From a virus: a DNA stretch of 64,000 nucleotides. Where the stretch lies: IMG/VR virus record IMGVR_UViG_3300030108_003057, positions 28,422 to 92,421 of that record; one strand, given 5' to 3'. The translations under genes were made by a program, and so were the position numbers. Below the pieces are notes generated by a model. That model made no database searches, had not been told where the DNA came from, and saw only the letters and a list, made by a program, of their open reading frames with translations. Shown one piece after another: positions 1 to 8,849 of this stretch (its first letter is position 1; each line of letters begins with the position of its first letter).

Positions 1-303
1 AAATACAACTCCCATTATACAATTTATTGATATTACCTGATACTTGCCAGACACTTTATATGTTTCAACTGAAGGACTTATTCCTTTCAACCTACTACTT
101 TCAAAAGATACTCTTTGAGCATTTTGTGTTATCCATTGTATAATATGTGGTTCTTGTACTTCAACCCATACATATCCATCTAGTTCCAATTCTCCAGTTC
201 GATTGCATACATTACATTCTTTACCATCACAGATTGGACATTTTATATACTGAACATTTACGGGAAATCTAACAGTATTTACTCTTCCTCCGATGTTAGA
301 CAT
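1..303 (-). CDS. Hypothetical protein with CxxCxGxxCxxCxxxG zinc finger (runs off the window edge)
   Basis: Manual translation from ATG at 303: MSNIGGRVNTVRFPVNVQYIKCPICDGKECNVCNRTG..., open to position 1; not in ORF track. Confidence 0.65.
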   Translation of the reverse strand, partial: MSNIGGRVNTVRFPVNVQYIKCPICDGKECNVCNRTGELELDGYVWVEVQEPHIIQWITQNAQRVSFESSRLKGISPSVETYKVSGKYQVISINCIMGVVF

Positions 304-752
304 ATATCCTCAGTCCTCGATAAATACTCTTCACCTTCTTGTATATACCAACGCATTCTTTGGTTTTTACCAAGTACAATTGCTTCATTAAGAATTGGTT
401 TTTGAGTATTAATTGTCTTCCAATCAGTCCCACTAAAATAAGCATGACCAAATGGATGAGTATGAATCCAACACCTAAGAGGTAGTTTCATACCCTTTAC
501 TTTTTCATTTTTGTAGTCTACGAAACTTCCTGTCCCTTTACTAATAAATAAATTAAAGTCAGCGTCAACAATTACACTTACCTCTAGTTCGGTAAGATAT
601 TCCGTTGATACTTCCCAAATCATATCTAAAAAGTACGGGTCATAAAAACTCGCGTCGCATAAATCAAAGGCTTCATTTATTAAAGCCTTACACATATCCC
701 AATCACAATTAGGGTGTACTATACCCCTATCCTTATATTCTAATTCTTCCAT
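279..752 (-). CDS. JAB/MPN+ (JAMM) metalloprotease, Ubl-processing/deconjugating type
   Basis: Upstream Glu (LEVS) plus HTHPFGHAYFSGTD = HxH-x7-S-x2-D JAMM motif. Confidence 0.85.
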   Translation of the reverse strand: MEELEYKDRGIVHPNCDWDMCKALINEAFDLCDASFYDPYFLDMIWEVSTEYLTELEVSVIVDADFNLFISKGTGSFVDYKNEKVKGMKLPLRCWIHTHPFGHAYFSGTDWKTINTQKPILNEAIVLGKNQRMRWYIQEGEEYLSRTEDICLTSEEE

Positions 753-821
753 TTATTCTTCCTCCTTATTATTTTCATAAAACTTAAACCCAAATTCTTC
801 TAATGTTGTTTGTCTATACAT
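753..821 (-). CDS. 22-aa micro-protein containing a PIP-box-like motif
   Basis: MYRQTTLEEFGFKFYENNKEEE*; GGTGG RBS upstream; stop abuts the JAB start; QTTLEEF fits QxxLxxF. Confidence 0.55.
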   Translation of the reverse strand: MYRQTTLEEFGFKFYENNKEEE

Positions 822-822
822 T

Positions 823-912
823 CTACCACCTACATTGACTACATTCATGTTTACTTGATGTTAAATCTAAATGTAGATAAAATGCACATACTCCACATAG
901 TCTTTCTTCCAT
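823..912 (-). CDS. 29-aa zinc-finger micro-protein
   Basis: MEERLCGVCAFYLHLDLTSSKHECSQCRW*; two CxxC pairs; fills the gap downstream of E1. Confidence 0.55.
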   Translation of the reverse strand: MEERLCGVCAFYLHLDLTSSKHECSQCRW

Positions 913-916
913 TTAA

Positions 917-1489
917 TCACCCATTATAAGTTGCGTGTTTCTTTACGTCTTCACCATTAAACCATCTTTGAGTCCATTGTGCTCCATATCCGGCTGCTAC
1001 TACTTGCATAAAGTGAACACCAGAACTATCTCCTTCCCATGCGTTACCTTGGCAACTAAAAGAACCTTCTGGTCCAGCAGTAAATGATGAATATAATTCT
1101 GCTCTTTCTAATGAAGAAATCATAGCGGCATTTCTACCTTGTGCTCTTAAATCTAACCACTTTATTTTATCAGAACTATATAGTGTTCTTCTAATTGCTA
1201 GATTATCAGCACAACATATAACTAAATCATATCCTTTAACCTGCTTACTTGTTAATACCTTGTATGGTTGTGCCTTTACTGAACTATATCTATCAGCCAT
1301 AACATCAACCTTTAACTTTTCAATATCACCTTCATCAAAATTTTGATAGGTTATATTTTTAATCTCTACTACATCAGGGTCGTATACTGTAATATTATAG
1401 AGACCTGTCTTATCTAAAAGTGGAATAAGAAAACTTCCAATTCCACCTGCTCCAATTATCATAATCTTTCTTTTACTTTTCTTTCCCAT
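917..1489 (-). CDS. ThiF/MoeB/E1-family ubiquitin-like activating enzyme
   Basis: IIGAGGIGS nucleotide-binding loop, DPDVVEIKNITYQNF, K(V)DV, DLVICCADNLAIRR; candidate catalytic Cys in SFSCQ. Confidence 0.88.
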   Translation of the reverse strand: MGKKSKRKIMIIGAGGIGSFLIPLLDKTGLYNITVYDPDVVEIKNITYQNFDEGDIEKLKVDVMADRYSSVKAQPYKVLTSKQVKGYDLVICCADNLAIRRTLYSSDKIKWLDLRAQGRNAAMISSLERAELYSSFTAGPEGSFSCQGNAWEGDSSGVHFMQVVAAGYGAQWTQRWFNGEDVKKHATYNG

Positions 1490-2123
1490 TTCTAATCACC
1501 TTTAAATGTCTTTTCAAGCGAGGGAGACTAACTCCCATTTTTTCACAGACTTGTGCTTGAGTCAAATCTGAATACTCATAAAGTATCGCTGCCATGATAC
1601 TTCTTGTAATAGTATAATTACTACCTAAACTATCTAAGAATAACTTACCTTCCTCAGATAATTCTGTAATATCCGGCAAACCAATACGGTAATTTTCTCT
1701 TCCAAAAATACCGACCTTATGATAATGTTGTTTAATTCTTTTATTTATTTTAAACATTTTATTTTTATTTACTCCCATAAATGCACATATCTTATGTATA
1801 TTATATTCAGCATTTGATTGTGATAAGGTATAGTAAGTTACCGCGCAAAAAGCAGTAATTTCATCTACTCTATTAAATACTAATGCAACTTTTAATGTAT
1901 TATAATTTCTAATAATATCATTACGATAATTACGTAAATTAAATTCATTTAATAATATATCGAGAGGTGCAAAATCACGATTTGCCGCAACTTGGTTTTC
2001 GTTCTTTTCCCCACGTATAGTTAATATTCGTGATACTGCAAGCAACCCACAATCCTCACATTCATGTAAGTTAATTTCATGTATATATTTTAGATTAGTA
2101 CTATTACAATTTTCGCATGGCAT
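1473..2123 (-). CDS. Transcription factor B (TFB/TFIIB)-like protein
   Basis: N-terminal Zn ribbon CENC...CEDCG, helical cyclin-like middle, C-terminal HTH LTQAQVCEKMGVS similar to the TFB BRE-binding HTH. Confidence 0.7.
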   Translation of the reverse strand: MPCENCNSTNLKYIHEINLHECEDCGLLAVSRILTIRGEKNENQVAANRDFAPLDILLNEFNLRNYRNDIIRNYNTLKVALVFNRVDEITAFCAVTYYTLSQSNAEYNIHKICAFMGVNKNKMFKINKRIKQHYHKVGIFGRENYRIGLPDITELSEEGKLFLDSLGSNYTITRSIMAAILYEYSDLTQAQVCEKMGVSLPRLKRHLKVIRNGKEK

Positions 2124-2124
2124 T

Positions 2125-3300
2125 TTATATCAACACTCTACCTGCATTTATGTTACCTGTATCTTTAGTAATGTGTTCTAGGTGCGTTCTTACAGTAGAA
2201 ACATATGTCCCTAATACATGGTCATTCATTACTGCCATAGCGCGAGCAGCATATTGGTCACCTTTAGAAGCACCACTCATCATATTATCAATACAAATTG
2301 GTCCTCTTAGTTGTAGGTTAGTCTTTTCTGCACTCTTTAGTTTATTTAACTTTACTAAATCATGATTTCCACCACTGTTCCCACCAGAATAAACCATATA
2401 TGTAGATACATCTTGATAGCCTCGCTTCATACCATTATCAGCAATAATCCAATCTGTTAATTTACCCTTAACAAGTAGAGCATCTTGTTCCTTATCTTCC
2501 TTTTTAGTCTTAAACTTAATAACTGATATTTGTTCATAGTTATCGGATAAGCCTTTCAACAATTGCATGGCTCTTTTCTCGACGGCATCAGATTGCCTAT
2601 TTTGAGTCATGAATGCTTTCATTACTTTTGCTTGGGAATCAGTAACTCTAGTTTCATTTAGAACGAATACTAATTCTTCAGGACTGATAGCATAAAATTT
2701 ACCTCTACGATTGTCTTTTAGATAACTATTAGTAAAGTGTCTTAAGTCCTTTAGGGATATATCATACCAATAAGCATCATTAAGTTCTAAGGCAAAATCT
2801 TCTGGACCAATCTGAGCAACATTTAATCTACAAGTCTTGAGTTTATTATCATCGTCTATAAACTTATAAGGTACTCTATTTTCTAACACGTAAGATAATT
2901 CTGCTGGCATCTTAACACATCTATGAAAATAATCCCATAATTGTTTGTGACCTTCGGCATCATTATTAATATATATTGACCGAAGTAATACCCTTGTAAT
3001 ATTATTTAATATATCATTTATTGTTAAAGTAATATTATTTAATTCATATCTTCTACTGTTTCTAGAAATCAACATACCAAACCCCTTTACAAAAAATAAT
3101 AATTGACCGTCACCTTGATTTTTTGCTGGCATTAATATTCTTCTATTTACGACTTCTCTAAGTGCTACAAAGGTAGAATCAAGTCCAGTGCTAGTACTTC
3201 TTCTATTAGCATAAACAGTAAAAGTTCCATCTAGCCCTTCGATTTCAATATTAACATGACTCATACTATCACTAGCATGTCTAATTCTTATCGTCATCAT
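2125..3300 (-). CDS. Hypothetical protein (391 aa) with C-terminal GPICID...GDQ motif
   Basis: Long ORF tightly packed in the operon with TFB/E1/JAB. Confidence 0.75.
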   Translation of the reverse strand: MMTIRIRHASDSMSHVNIEIEGLDGTFTVYANRRSTSTGLDSTFVALREVVNRRILMPAKNQGDGQLLFFVKGFGMLISRNSRRYELNNITLTINDILNNITRVLLRSIYINNDAEGHKQLWDYFHRCVKMPAELSYVLENRVPYKFIDDDNKLKTCRLNVAQIGPEDFALELNDAYWYDISLKDLRHFTNSYLKDNRRGKFYAISPEELVFVLNETRVTDSQAKVMKAFMTQNRQSDAVEKRAMQLLKGLSDNYEQISVIKFKTKKEDKEQDALLVKGKLTDWIIADNGMKRGYQDVSTYMVYSGGNSGGNHDLVKLNKLKSAEKTNLQLRGPICIDNMMSGASKGDQYAARAMAVMNDHVLGTYVSTVRTHLEHITKDTGNINAGRVLI

Positions 3301-3551
3301 TATATATTTTCCTCCATAGTTATCTGCTCCATTAGAACACCGTCACATAAATCATTTAACTTCTCAGCCAAACTCTCACATATTCCGGGAATAGTTTTTC
3401 TTTGTAGACCTAACCAAACTTTATGTTGTACATTTAACACTACAACAGGATTAAGTCCTTCACCCTCATCATACTTGATAATTATAGGTGGTAGTTCTTC
3501 ATCATTTACCATTCTGAATTCTACCATCTTTTTAGTTCTTGGAGACATCAT
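3300..3551 (-). CDS. Hypothetical protein
   Basis: 83-aa ORF, start and stop overlap neighbours. Confidence 0.65.
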   Translation of the reverse strand: MMSPRTKKMVEFRMVNDEELPPIIIKYDEGEGLNPVVVLNVQHKVWLGLQRKTIPGICESLAEKLNDLCDGVLMEQITMEENI

Positions 3552-3835
3552 TCTTTCACTTCCGGCTTTGGACCCATTTTGATAACTTGTCTACTAACAA
3601 TAACATGAGGAAACTTCTCAATCAACAAAGGCATAATCTCATTCCAATTAATATCTCCTTCGTATTGTTTAGTCCACACACTACCGTTTGTCTTTAGAGA
3701 AGTCATACGAACTACAACTTTTTCATCAGTTACTGTTCCTACGTCTTTCAATACCGCCAAACTATCTGCGTCTATATTCAATCCACCGTTCTGCATTTTC
3801 ATCATTTCTTCTATATTCATTTTTTTCACTTCCAA
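3548..3835 (-). CDS. Hypothetical protein
   Basis: 95-aa ORF in operon; ATGA overlap. Confidence 0.6.
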   Translation of the reverse strand: MEVKKMNIEEMMKMQNGGLNIDADSLAVLKDVGTVTDEKVVVRMTSLKTNGSVWTKQYEGDINWNEIMPLLIEKFPHVIVSRQVIKMGPKPEVKE

Positions 3836-3850
3836 TTTTTTTGCAGGTTA

Positions 3851-5710
3851 TTATATTTCACAAGCCCCACCTGCACAAGCGATTTCACCGCTTAGGTCTG
3901 TGTTGTCCTTTTGTTCGACTACATTTCTTAAGTCTACCGATTTTAATGACTCCATCATCTCACGAAATTTAAGGACATTCGTGGACTCAAAAGGAGCCTG
4001 TATATATGTTCCACCATCATAAGGTAAAACTGAAAGACCGTTATACGACTTTCTATTATTCCACATCCATTCACCAACATCCTCCCATTCATTTTCACGA
4101 ATAGAAACTGTTGCTGAAACATTATGAGTATTCATACCATCTCGGTGTCCAGTATTAACCCAATTTTCTGCGAACCATTTTACTCTTTCTAATAAAGAAA
4201 TAGCAGGTTCAGTTCTTAGTGTTGCACCATCTGGTGCGCGTTGAGGAATACTAATAACTGCTTCAAGATGTGGCTTGAAGTGGTCATCCTCAATTAATTC
4301 TTTATGGTTTCTAGCCAAATAATCATAAATGGCTTCACTCTTTCCTACTCTAACTCTTCTAATATAGTGTTTATCATGCCATGCGTGAATACCGCTACTT
4401 GTACCTAATACAAGTGAAGTAGTTCCCGCAGGTTTAACACAAGTTAGTCTGGCGGCTTTATTAATTCCTATTTCTTCTGCAACTCTTATATTTACTGCTT
4501 TAACATGTTTTGCCGCCATTTTTACATCTAAACTCTTTAATTTATTAGATGCAATCCCCGTCATTGATACGCCAACTAACGCATCCTTTTCTGTTGTTTG
4601 CTTCCATACATCTCTAAGATAATGGAAATCTGTATACCCTGCTTGTAATGTTCCAACAAATGCTGCCGCTTTAACTCTATTGTTTAGGTCATGTTGACTT
4701 TCTACATTTGAAACATTTACTTCTGTTAGATTACAGAACTGATAAGGTCTTAACGCAATCTCGCAACATGGGTTAGTTCCCCAATCCTTATCATTTGAAA
4801 AGTATAATCCCGGTTCACCCGAACCTGAATCTTGTATTTTTTGCCATAGTTCTTTAAAAAATGCCTTTCTAACTCTACTACGAATTAGAACTGCACTATT
4901 ATTTGCTCGGCCTCTTTGTGGGTTTTGTTCCCACCATGCTCCACTCTTACATGAAATCATATCATCATCATCAGCACTAAATAAACTAATTAATGCTGCT
5001 CTACGAATTCCACCTGCTAATACTGAATCAGCAATGAGACACATAATATCATGTGCTTCAATGGTGGATAATTTACTACCATGTTCCTTTTCAGATAAAA
5101 TGTTCTCTATTTTTACAAGACATTCTCTTAAAGGAGTTGGACCGGGTGCTCGACCACCAGATGTTTTAAGTAATTCACCCTTTGGTCTAATATCTGAATA
5201 ATCAAACACTGGAGTTGTTTTATATCCTCCAAAATATGACTTCATCAATGCTTTAATTGAATCAGCCCAACCTTCTATACTATCACCAATTAAATATCTT
5301 CTAGTTCTTTTAGAAGGTTTTGATATTTCAGGTAATTGTGCTACATGATGTTTTTGTACTGAATAACCGACTCCGGTTCCTCCTAACAATAAAAACATAG
5401 CCTCCCAAAAAGAATCAATACAATCAATCGGCATATATGCACAATTGTAAACTCTATTTGGACTAACTTCAATTGGTTTACCTGCAAATTGCATACTTCG
5501 CATTGAAGGTAATACTTTCTTAGTTAATACAAACTGAGTGTATACATCTTTTATCTCATCTTTCAATTGAGGATATTTTTTCATATGCATTTCACAATTT
5601 CTATTACAAATCTCCTCCCATGTTTCTCTCCTAAACTTATCTGGCTTAAACTTGGCATATTTCATATGCACAATTATATCACTTAATATTTCTTGACTTA
5701 TTTCCATCAT
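3851..5710 (-). CDS. nrdJ: Class II (adenosylcobalamin-dependent) ribonucleotide reductase
   Basis: YNCAY, GGTGVGY, TNPCCEI thiyl-radical motif, CNLTEVN, VKPAGTTS, C-terminal CAGGACEI redox pair. Confidence 0.93.
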   Translation of the reverse strand: MMEISQEILSDIIVHMKYAKFKPDKFRRETWEEICNRNCEMHMKKYPQLKDEIKDVYTQFVLTKKVLPSMRSMQFAGKPIEVSPNRVYNCAYMPIDCIDSFWEAMFLLLGGTGVGYSVQKHHVAQLPEISKPSKRTRRYLIGDSIEGWADSIKALMKSYFGGYKTTPVFDYSDIRPKGELLKTSGGRAPGPTPLRECLVKIENILSEKEHGSKLSTIEAHDIMCLIADSVLAGGIRRAALISLFSADDDDMISCKSGAWWEQNPQRGRANNSAVLIRSRVRKAFFKELWQKIQDSGSGEPGLYFSNDKDWGTNPCCEIALRPYQFCNLTEVNVSNVESQHDLNNRVKAAAFVGTLQAGYTDFHYLRDVWKQTTEKDALVGVSMTGIASNKLKSLDVKMAAKHVKAVNIRVAEEIGINKAARLTCVKPAGTTSLVLGTSSGIHAWHDKHYIRRVRVGKSEAIYDYLARNHKELIEDDHFKPHLEAVISIPQRAPDGATLRTEPAISLLERVKWFAENWVNTGHRDGMNTHNVSATVSIRENEWEDVGEWMWNNRKSYNGLSVLPYDGGTYIQAPFESTNVLKFREMMESLKSVDLRNVVEQKDNTDLSGEIACAGGACEI

Positions 5711-6129
5711 AATTCCCCCATCAGGTTATCAATCTCTTTAATAAGATTGCCATTTTGTACTAATATCCAAGACCTTACTTCAATCCATTCAAAATCTTTC
5801 CAGTCTTTTAGTATTTCCCATCCATTTTTATTTATACAATTCCAAATACTATTATATTCTACCTTCTTGTAGGTAAAAACTAAGTCTCCACAACTTACCA
5901 ATTCTTTGTTTTTAGTACCGCGACCTATTATTATTCCCTCGTCATAAAAGTTAGGGTCAAGGGTTACTAGGTCGGTACCATTAAAATGATTATGAAACTC
6001 ATAAAGTTTTCTATAACCAACTGGTCTAAGTTTATAAAGTTTGATTAGTTCATCTGCTACATAATCAGTAGTAATATAATTTTTTAGGTGTTCCAAATCA
6101 TTTTCTTTAAGATATTCACTTATTAACAT
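5707..6129 (-). CDS. Hypothetical protein
   Basis: ORF-track 5707..6216; likely start is ATG 6129 (MLISEYLK), avoiding a long overlap. Confidence 0.55.
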   Translation of the reverse strand: MLISEYLKENDLEHLKNYITTDYVADELIKLYKLRPVGYRKLYEFHNHFNGTDLVTLDPNFYDEGIIIGRGTKNKELVSCGDLVFTYKKVEYNSIWNCINKNGWEILKDWKDFEWIEVRSWILVQNGNLIKEIDNLMGEL

Positions 6130-6676
6130 ATATTTTCTCCGTAAATAGTTGATGTGTTGTTGGCATCCAATCCGGTCTACCGTCATTTCTCCACGTTGCG
6201 AATTTCCATTTATCAATTCTATAATATTCTTTGTATGCTTCTATCGTACAGGGAAATAATTCCTCGTCTAATAGATGCGGATATATATTTTTCTTGATTG
6301 CTCTAACAAATGGTGTTAGACCTTGCTTTGGAAAGTCTGCTTCTTCTAACCAATCAAACACATCTTTTGATAATTCAGTCATTAGTCTTTCGACCTTGTG
6401 TTGTTTTTTGTATCTATCTGTATATTCCTCACAAATTGTCCAAGTATTTTTCCATGTCCAAATAAAATTGTCTTTGGATTCTCTAGCCCAAATAGTGGAA
6501 GGGTGTTTAGCCATACCTCTACTCATTCTTTTCCAAGGAATATTTTTTTGATAATTTAACTCATGCAAATTGTGGCAGATAATTTGTAATCCCTCAGTTG
6601 GCATCTTAACTACGTGTTTATCACATAGTTGTCTAGCCGCTAATACTGGGTCTTCATGTAAAAAGAATATATTCAT
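6116..6676 (-). CDS. Pyrimidine-dimer DNA glycosylase (DenV/endonuclease V-like family)
   Basis: MNIFFLHEDPVLAA..LCDKHVVKMPTE, HPSTIWARES..NFIW, EYTDRYKKQH, AYKEYY signature. Confidence 0.75.
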   Translation of the reverse strand: MNIFFLHEDPVLAARQLCDKHVVKMPTEGLQIICHNLHELNYQKNIPWKRMSRGMAKHPSTIWARESKDNFIWTWKNTWTICEEYTDRYKKQHKVERLMTELSKDVFDWLEEADFPKQGLTPFVRAIKKNIYPHLLDEELFPCTIEAYKEYYRIDKWKFATWRNDGRPDWMPTTHQLFTEKIYVNK

Positions 6677-6753
6677 TCTTCACACCTCTTACAATTACCA
6701 ATTCTATACCAGTGTCCGCATTTTTCGCATTGACTAGGTATTGCTCCACACAT
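6673..6753 (-). CDS. 26-aa zinc-finger micro-protein
   Basis: MCGAIPSQCEKCGHWYRIGNCKRCEE*; GGAGG RBS; ATGA overlap with the next gene. Confidence 0.55.
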   Translation of the reverse strand: MCGAIPSQCEKCGHWYRIGNCKRCEE

Positions 6754-6843
6754 TTAACCCATCCTCCTTGAACAAGTTATACAGTAATCACTGTAAGTAC
6801 TAAATCTTGGGTTCATACAGTTTTTTCTTCTACAAATCTTCAT
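6754..6843 (-). CDS. 29-aa Cys-rich micro-protein
   Basis: MKICRRKNCMNPRFSTYSDYCITCSRRMG*; stop abuts the next start. Confidence 0.45.
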   Translation of the reverse strand: MKICRRKNCMNPRFSTYSDYCITCSRRMG

Positions 6844-7015
6844 CTGTAAAACCATCCTTTGTAAATCCACTAATCATTTCTTCGCTTGCCTCCTTAACTT
6901 TAGTATTTCGCTCTACTTGTTTCATCCATAAAACAAATGCTCTTGAGTGAAATCGCCAAATAAAGAATAATAATACTTTATATAATAATTTATAATCCAT
7001 AAGTATCATCCTCAC
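6830..7015 (-). CDS. Hypothetical protein
   Basis: ORF track; probable start MDYKLL. Confidence 0.5.
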   Translation of the reverse strand: MRMILMDYKLLYKVLLFFIWRFHSRAFVLWMKQVERNTKVKEASEEMISGFTKDGFTDEDL

Positions 7016-7277
7016 ATGATTTATCTCTCCATTCTTGAAGTATGTCTAGTAACTGCTCAGAAGTTAAACAATAATCATCTAATAGTTCTTCAGTTCCAAA
7101 CCTTCCAGTGTTGGAGTAAAATTCTAACCACAATTTATTATCATCACGAGATATTTCACAAACAATCTCTTCTTTTTCTGAATGTGGGAAATTACAATCA
7201 GAGTTAGTGCATTCAACACCATCATCTTCTGCTCTAACTAATTTCCATTCACATCTAGGACATTCCATGTATGCCAT
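6990..7277 (-). CDS. Zinc-ribbon protein
   Basis: CPRC...CTNSDC at the N-terminus. Confidence 0.6.
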   Translation of the reverse strand: MAYMECPRCEWKLVRAEDDGVECTNSDCNFPHSEKEEIVCEISRDDNKLWLEFYSNTGRFGTEELLDDYCLTSEQLLDILQEWRDKSCEDDTYGL

Positions 7278-7427
7278 TTACTTTTCCTCCTGTATTTTAC
7301 TAATTACGAATCCACATTTAGGACACGCAATTCCTCTTTCTGCTGCTTCTTGACTATGTTTAACAGTGCAAGCCAGCCATTTTGTATAGTTTTCATATAA
7401 ATTATTCCATCGTTCTTCTGCATTCAT
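7278..7427 (-). CDS. 49-aa CPxCG micro-protein
   Basis: MNAEERWNNLYENYTKWLACTVKHSQEAAERGIACPKCGFVISKIQEEK*; exactly fills the gap between neighbours. Confidence 0.6.
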   Translation of the reverse strand: MNAEERWNNLYENYTKWLACTVKHSQEAAERGIACPKCGFVISKIQEEK

Positions 7428-7732
7428 TCTATTTTCCTCCACATTAATTGTCTTGAGCCACTATCAACTCTTGATACCCAACCGCCATCTTTCTTTAAGG
7501 CTCTTGAGATAAATTGACTCATGGCTAAAGTGTTTCCTCTATATTTAGCAACGTGTCTATTTACCGCAGCGGTTCTTGTTGTTTTACAAAGTAGTTTGTA
7601 ATATTCATCTAATACTTCATCCATTATTAAATTAGTACATACTTCTTCGTGTCTATTTGATACTGTAAGTACTGCTTCTACCATTACTTTCCAGTCTGCA
7701 CTTGTTCTTCTTTTTTGTTTTCTTTTTCTCAT
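7424..7732 (-). CDS. Basic hypothetical protein, possible winged-helix DNA binder
   Basis: 102 aa, basic, ends in a beta-hairpin-like wing (WVSRVDSGSRQLMWRK). Confidence 0.55.
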   Translation of the reverse strand: MRKRKQKRRTSADWKVMVEAVLTVSNRHEEVCTNLIMDEVLDEYYKLLCKTTRTAAVNRHVAKYRGNTLAMSQFISRALKKDGGWVSRVDSGSRQLMWRKIE

Positions 7733-7935
7733 TACAGAATCCTCCTACTTACACTATCTGCTTTTTCATAAGAATATCCCTGTTCTCGCAAACTTTTAAA
7801 TAATTTTATTCGGGATAATTCTTTTCCGACAGTTCTATCTAAGTATACTTTAGTATAAACTCTTAAATCATTAGCAGTAGCATGTTTTCTAATAGTATCT
7901 GTTTTTGGTAATTTTTTAAGTTTTTCTAAATTCAT
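7732..7935 (-). CDS. Hypothetical protein
   Basis: 67-aa ORF coupled to neighbours. Confidence 0.55.
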   Translation of the reverse strand: MNLEKLKKLPKTDTIRKHATANDLRVYTKVYLDRTVGKELSRIKLFKSLREQGYSYEKADSVSRRIL

Positions 7936-8267
7936 CTATCATCACCTTCACCTTTCAGTGTATTGTTTTCCATTCTTTTCTGAATCTTCTCTATGTTTAA
8001 CCTAGCCACTTTATCTAACTTAACATTAAGTTCGTTTGCTAGATTAGCAAGATACCATAATACATCACCTAATTCACGAATCAACGCTTCTTTATAATGT
8101 ATTGGGTATGTATTCTGTAATGACCCAGAATCCCTTATGTGCTTCTTTATCTTTTCAGCAACTTCTCCTGCTTCGCCACATAAACCTAAAGTAAGATACA
8201 ATAGGCTATTATCAGTGGGGAATATAGCAGTTTTGCTTGCTGTTCTTTGATAATGGTTCATATCCAT
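7932..8267 (-). CDS. mazG: MazG-like nucleotide pyrophosphohydrolase
   Basis: GLCGEAGEVAEKIKK and ELGDVLWYLANLA motifs; likely start MDMNHYQ at 8267. Confidence 0.88.
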   Translation of the reverse strand: MDMNHYQRTASKTAIFPTDNSLLYLTLGLCGEAGEVAEKIKKHIRDSGSLQNTYPIHYKEALIRELGDVLWYLANLANELNVKLDKVARLNIEKIQKRMENNTLKGEGDDR

Positions 8268-8560
8268 TATTCTTCCTCCGATAAATATACTAAGTCCGCC
8301 AATGCCAACGCCGCACTTATTGGCATACAATCTGGGTCACTAAGATATAAATTCATAGAAAATGTTCTTTCTACATATTCACATATAGAACCAGTTTGCA
8401 TATCGGTATATTGTATTGTATTTTCATAGTAATATCTACCGTTTCTATACTTAATATAGAATTGACTACCATCAACTAGATTTCCTTCAATCTGAGTTGG
8501 TGCTGCTTCACTTGTTACTTTAAAACTTTTTATTTTTATTTCTTTCTTCATTTTTTTCAC
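8267..8560 (-). CDS. Hypothetical protein
   Basis: 97-aa ORF with PTQIEG..DG..FYIKYRNG. Confidence 0.6.
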   Translation of the reverse strand: MKKMKKEIKIKSFKVTSEAAPTQIEGNLVDGSQFYIKYRNGRYYYENTIQYTDMQTGSICEYVERTFSMNLYLSDPDCMPISAALALADLVYLSEEE

Positions 8561-8605
8561 TTCCTTTTGAGTTTTTTACAGAGAACTCTAACTCTATTTA
8601 ATAGG

Positions 8606-8687
8606 TGCAGGTAGTAGGATTTGAACCTACGAAACATTATGTAATGGGACTTAAGCCCATCGCCTTTGACCACTCGGCTATACCTGC
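8606..8687 (-). tRNA. tRNA-Leu (anticodon TAA)
   Basis: Reverse complement folds: acceptor GCAGGTA/TACCTGC, D-arm GCCGAGTGGTCAAAGGC, anticodon stem ATGGG-CTTAAGT-CCCAT, long variable arm, T-arm GTAGG-TTCAAAT-CCTAC; CCA not fully encoded (CCT). Confidence 0.93.
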
Positions 8688-8849
8688 TTATTTTTTTAAT
8701 TCTTTTTTTATCCAGACAACTATTCTATGTCCGATAACAAATATAACAAAATATACCGCTAATTCTACTGCTAAAGCCGCCAATAAATATTTATCTGAAA
8801 CACATTCGGTATTACCCAAAACTGTCGTACAGACTTCAATGGTAGCCAC
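8688..8849 (-). CDS. 53-aa single-TM membrane micro-protein
   Basis: GTG start, ...YLLAALAVELAVYFVIFVIGHRIVVWIKKELKK*; stop directly abuts the tRNA 5' end; TATA-like sequence about 25 nt upstream. Confidence 0.5.
   Translation of the reverse strand: MATIEVCTTVLGNTECVSDKYLLAALAVELAVYFVIFVIGHRIVVWIKKELKK

Noticed and set aside
917-1489. E1/ThiF as a thiamine or molybdopterin biosynthesis auxiliary gene
   Set aside because: No ThiG/MoaE/ThiI partners in the window, and linkage to a JAB protease fits conjugation better; not fully excluded because host enzymes could supply the rest
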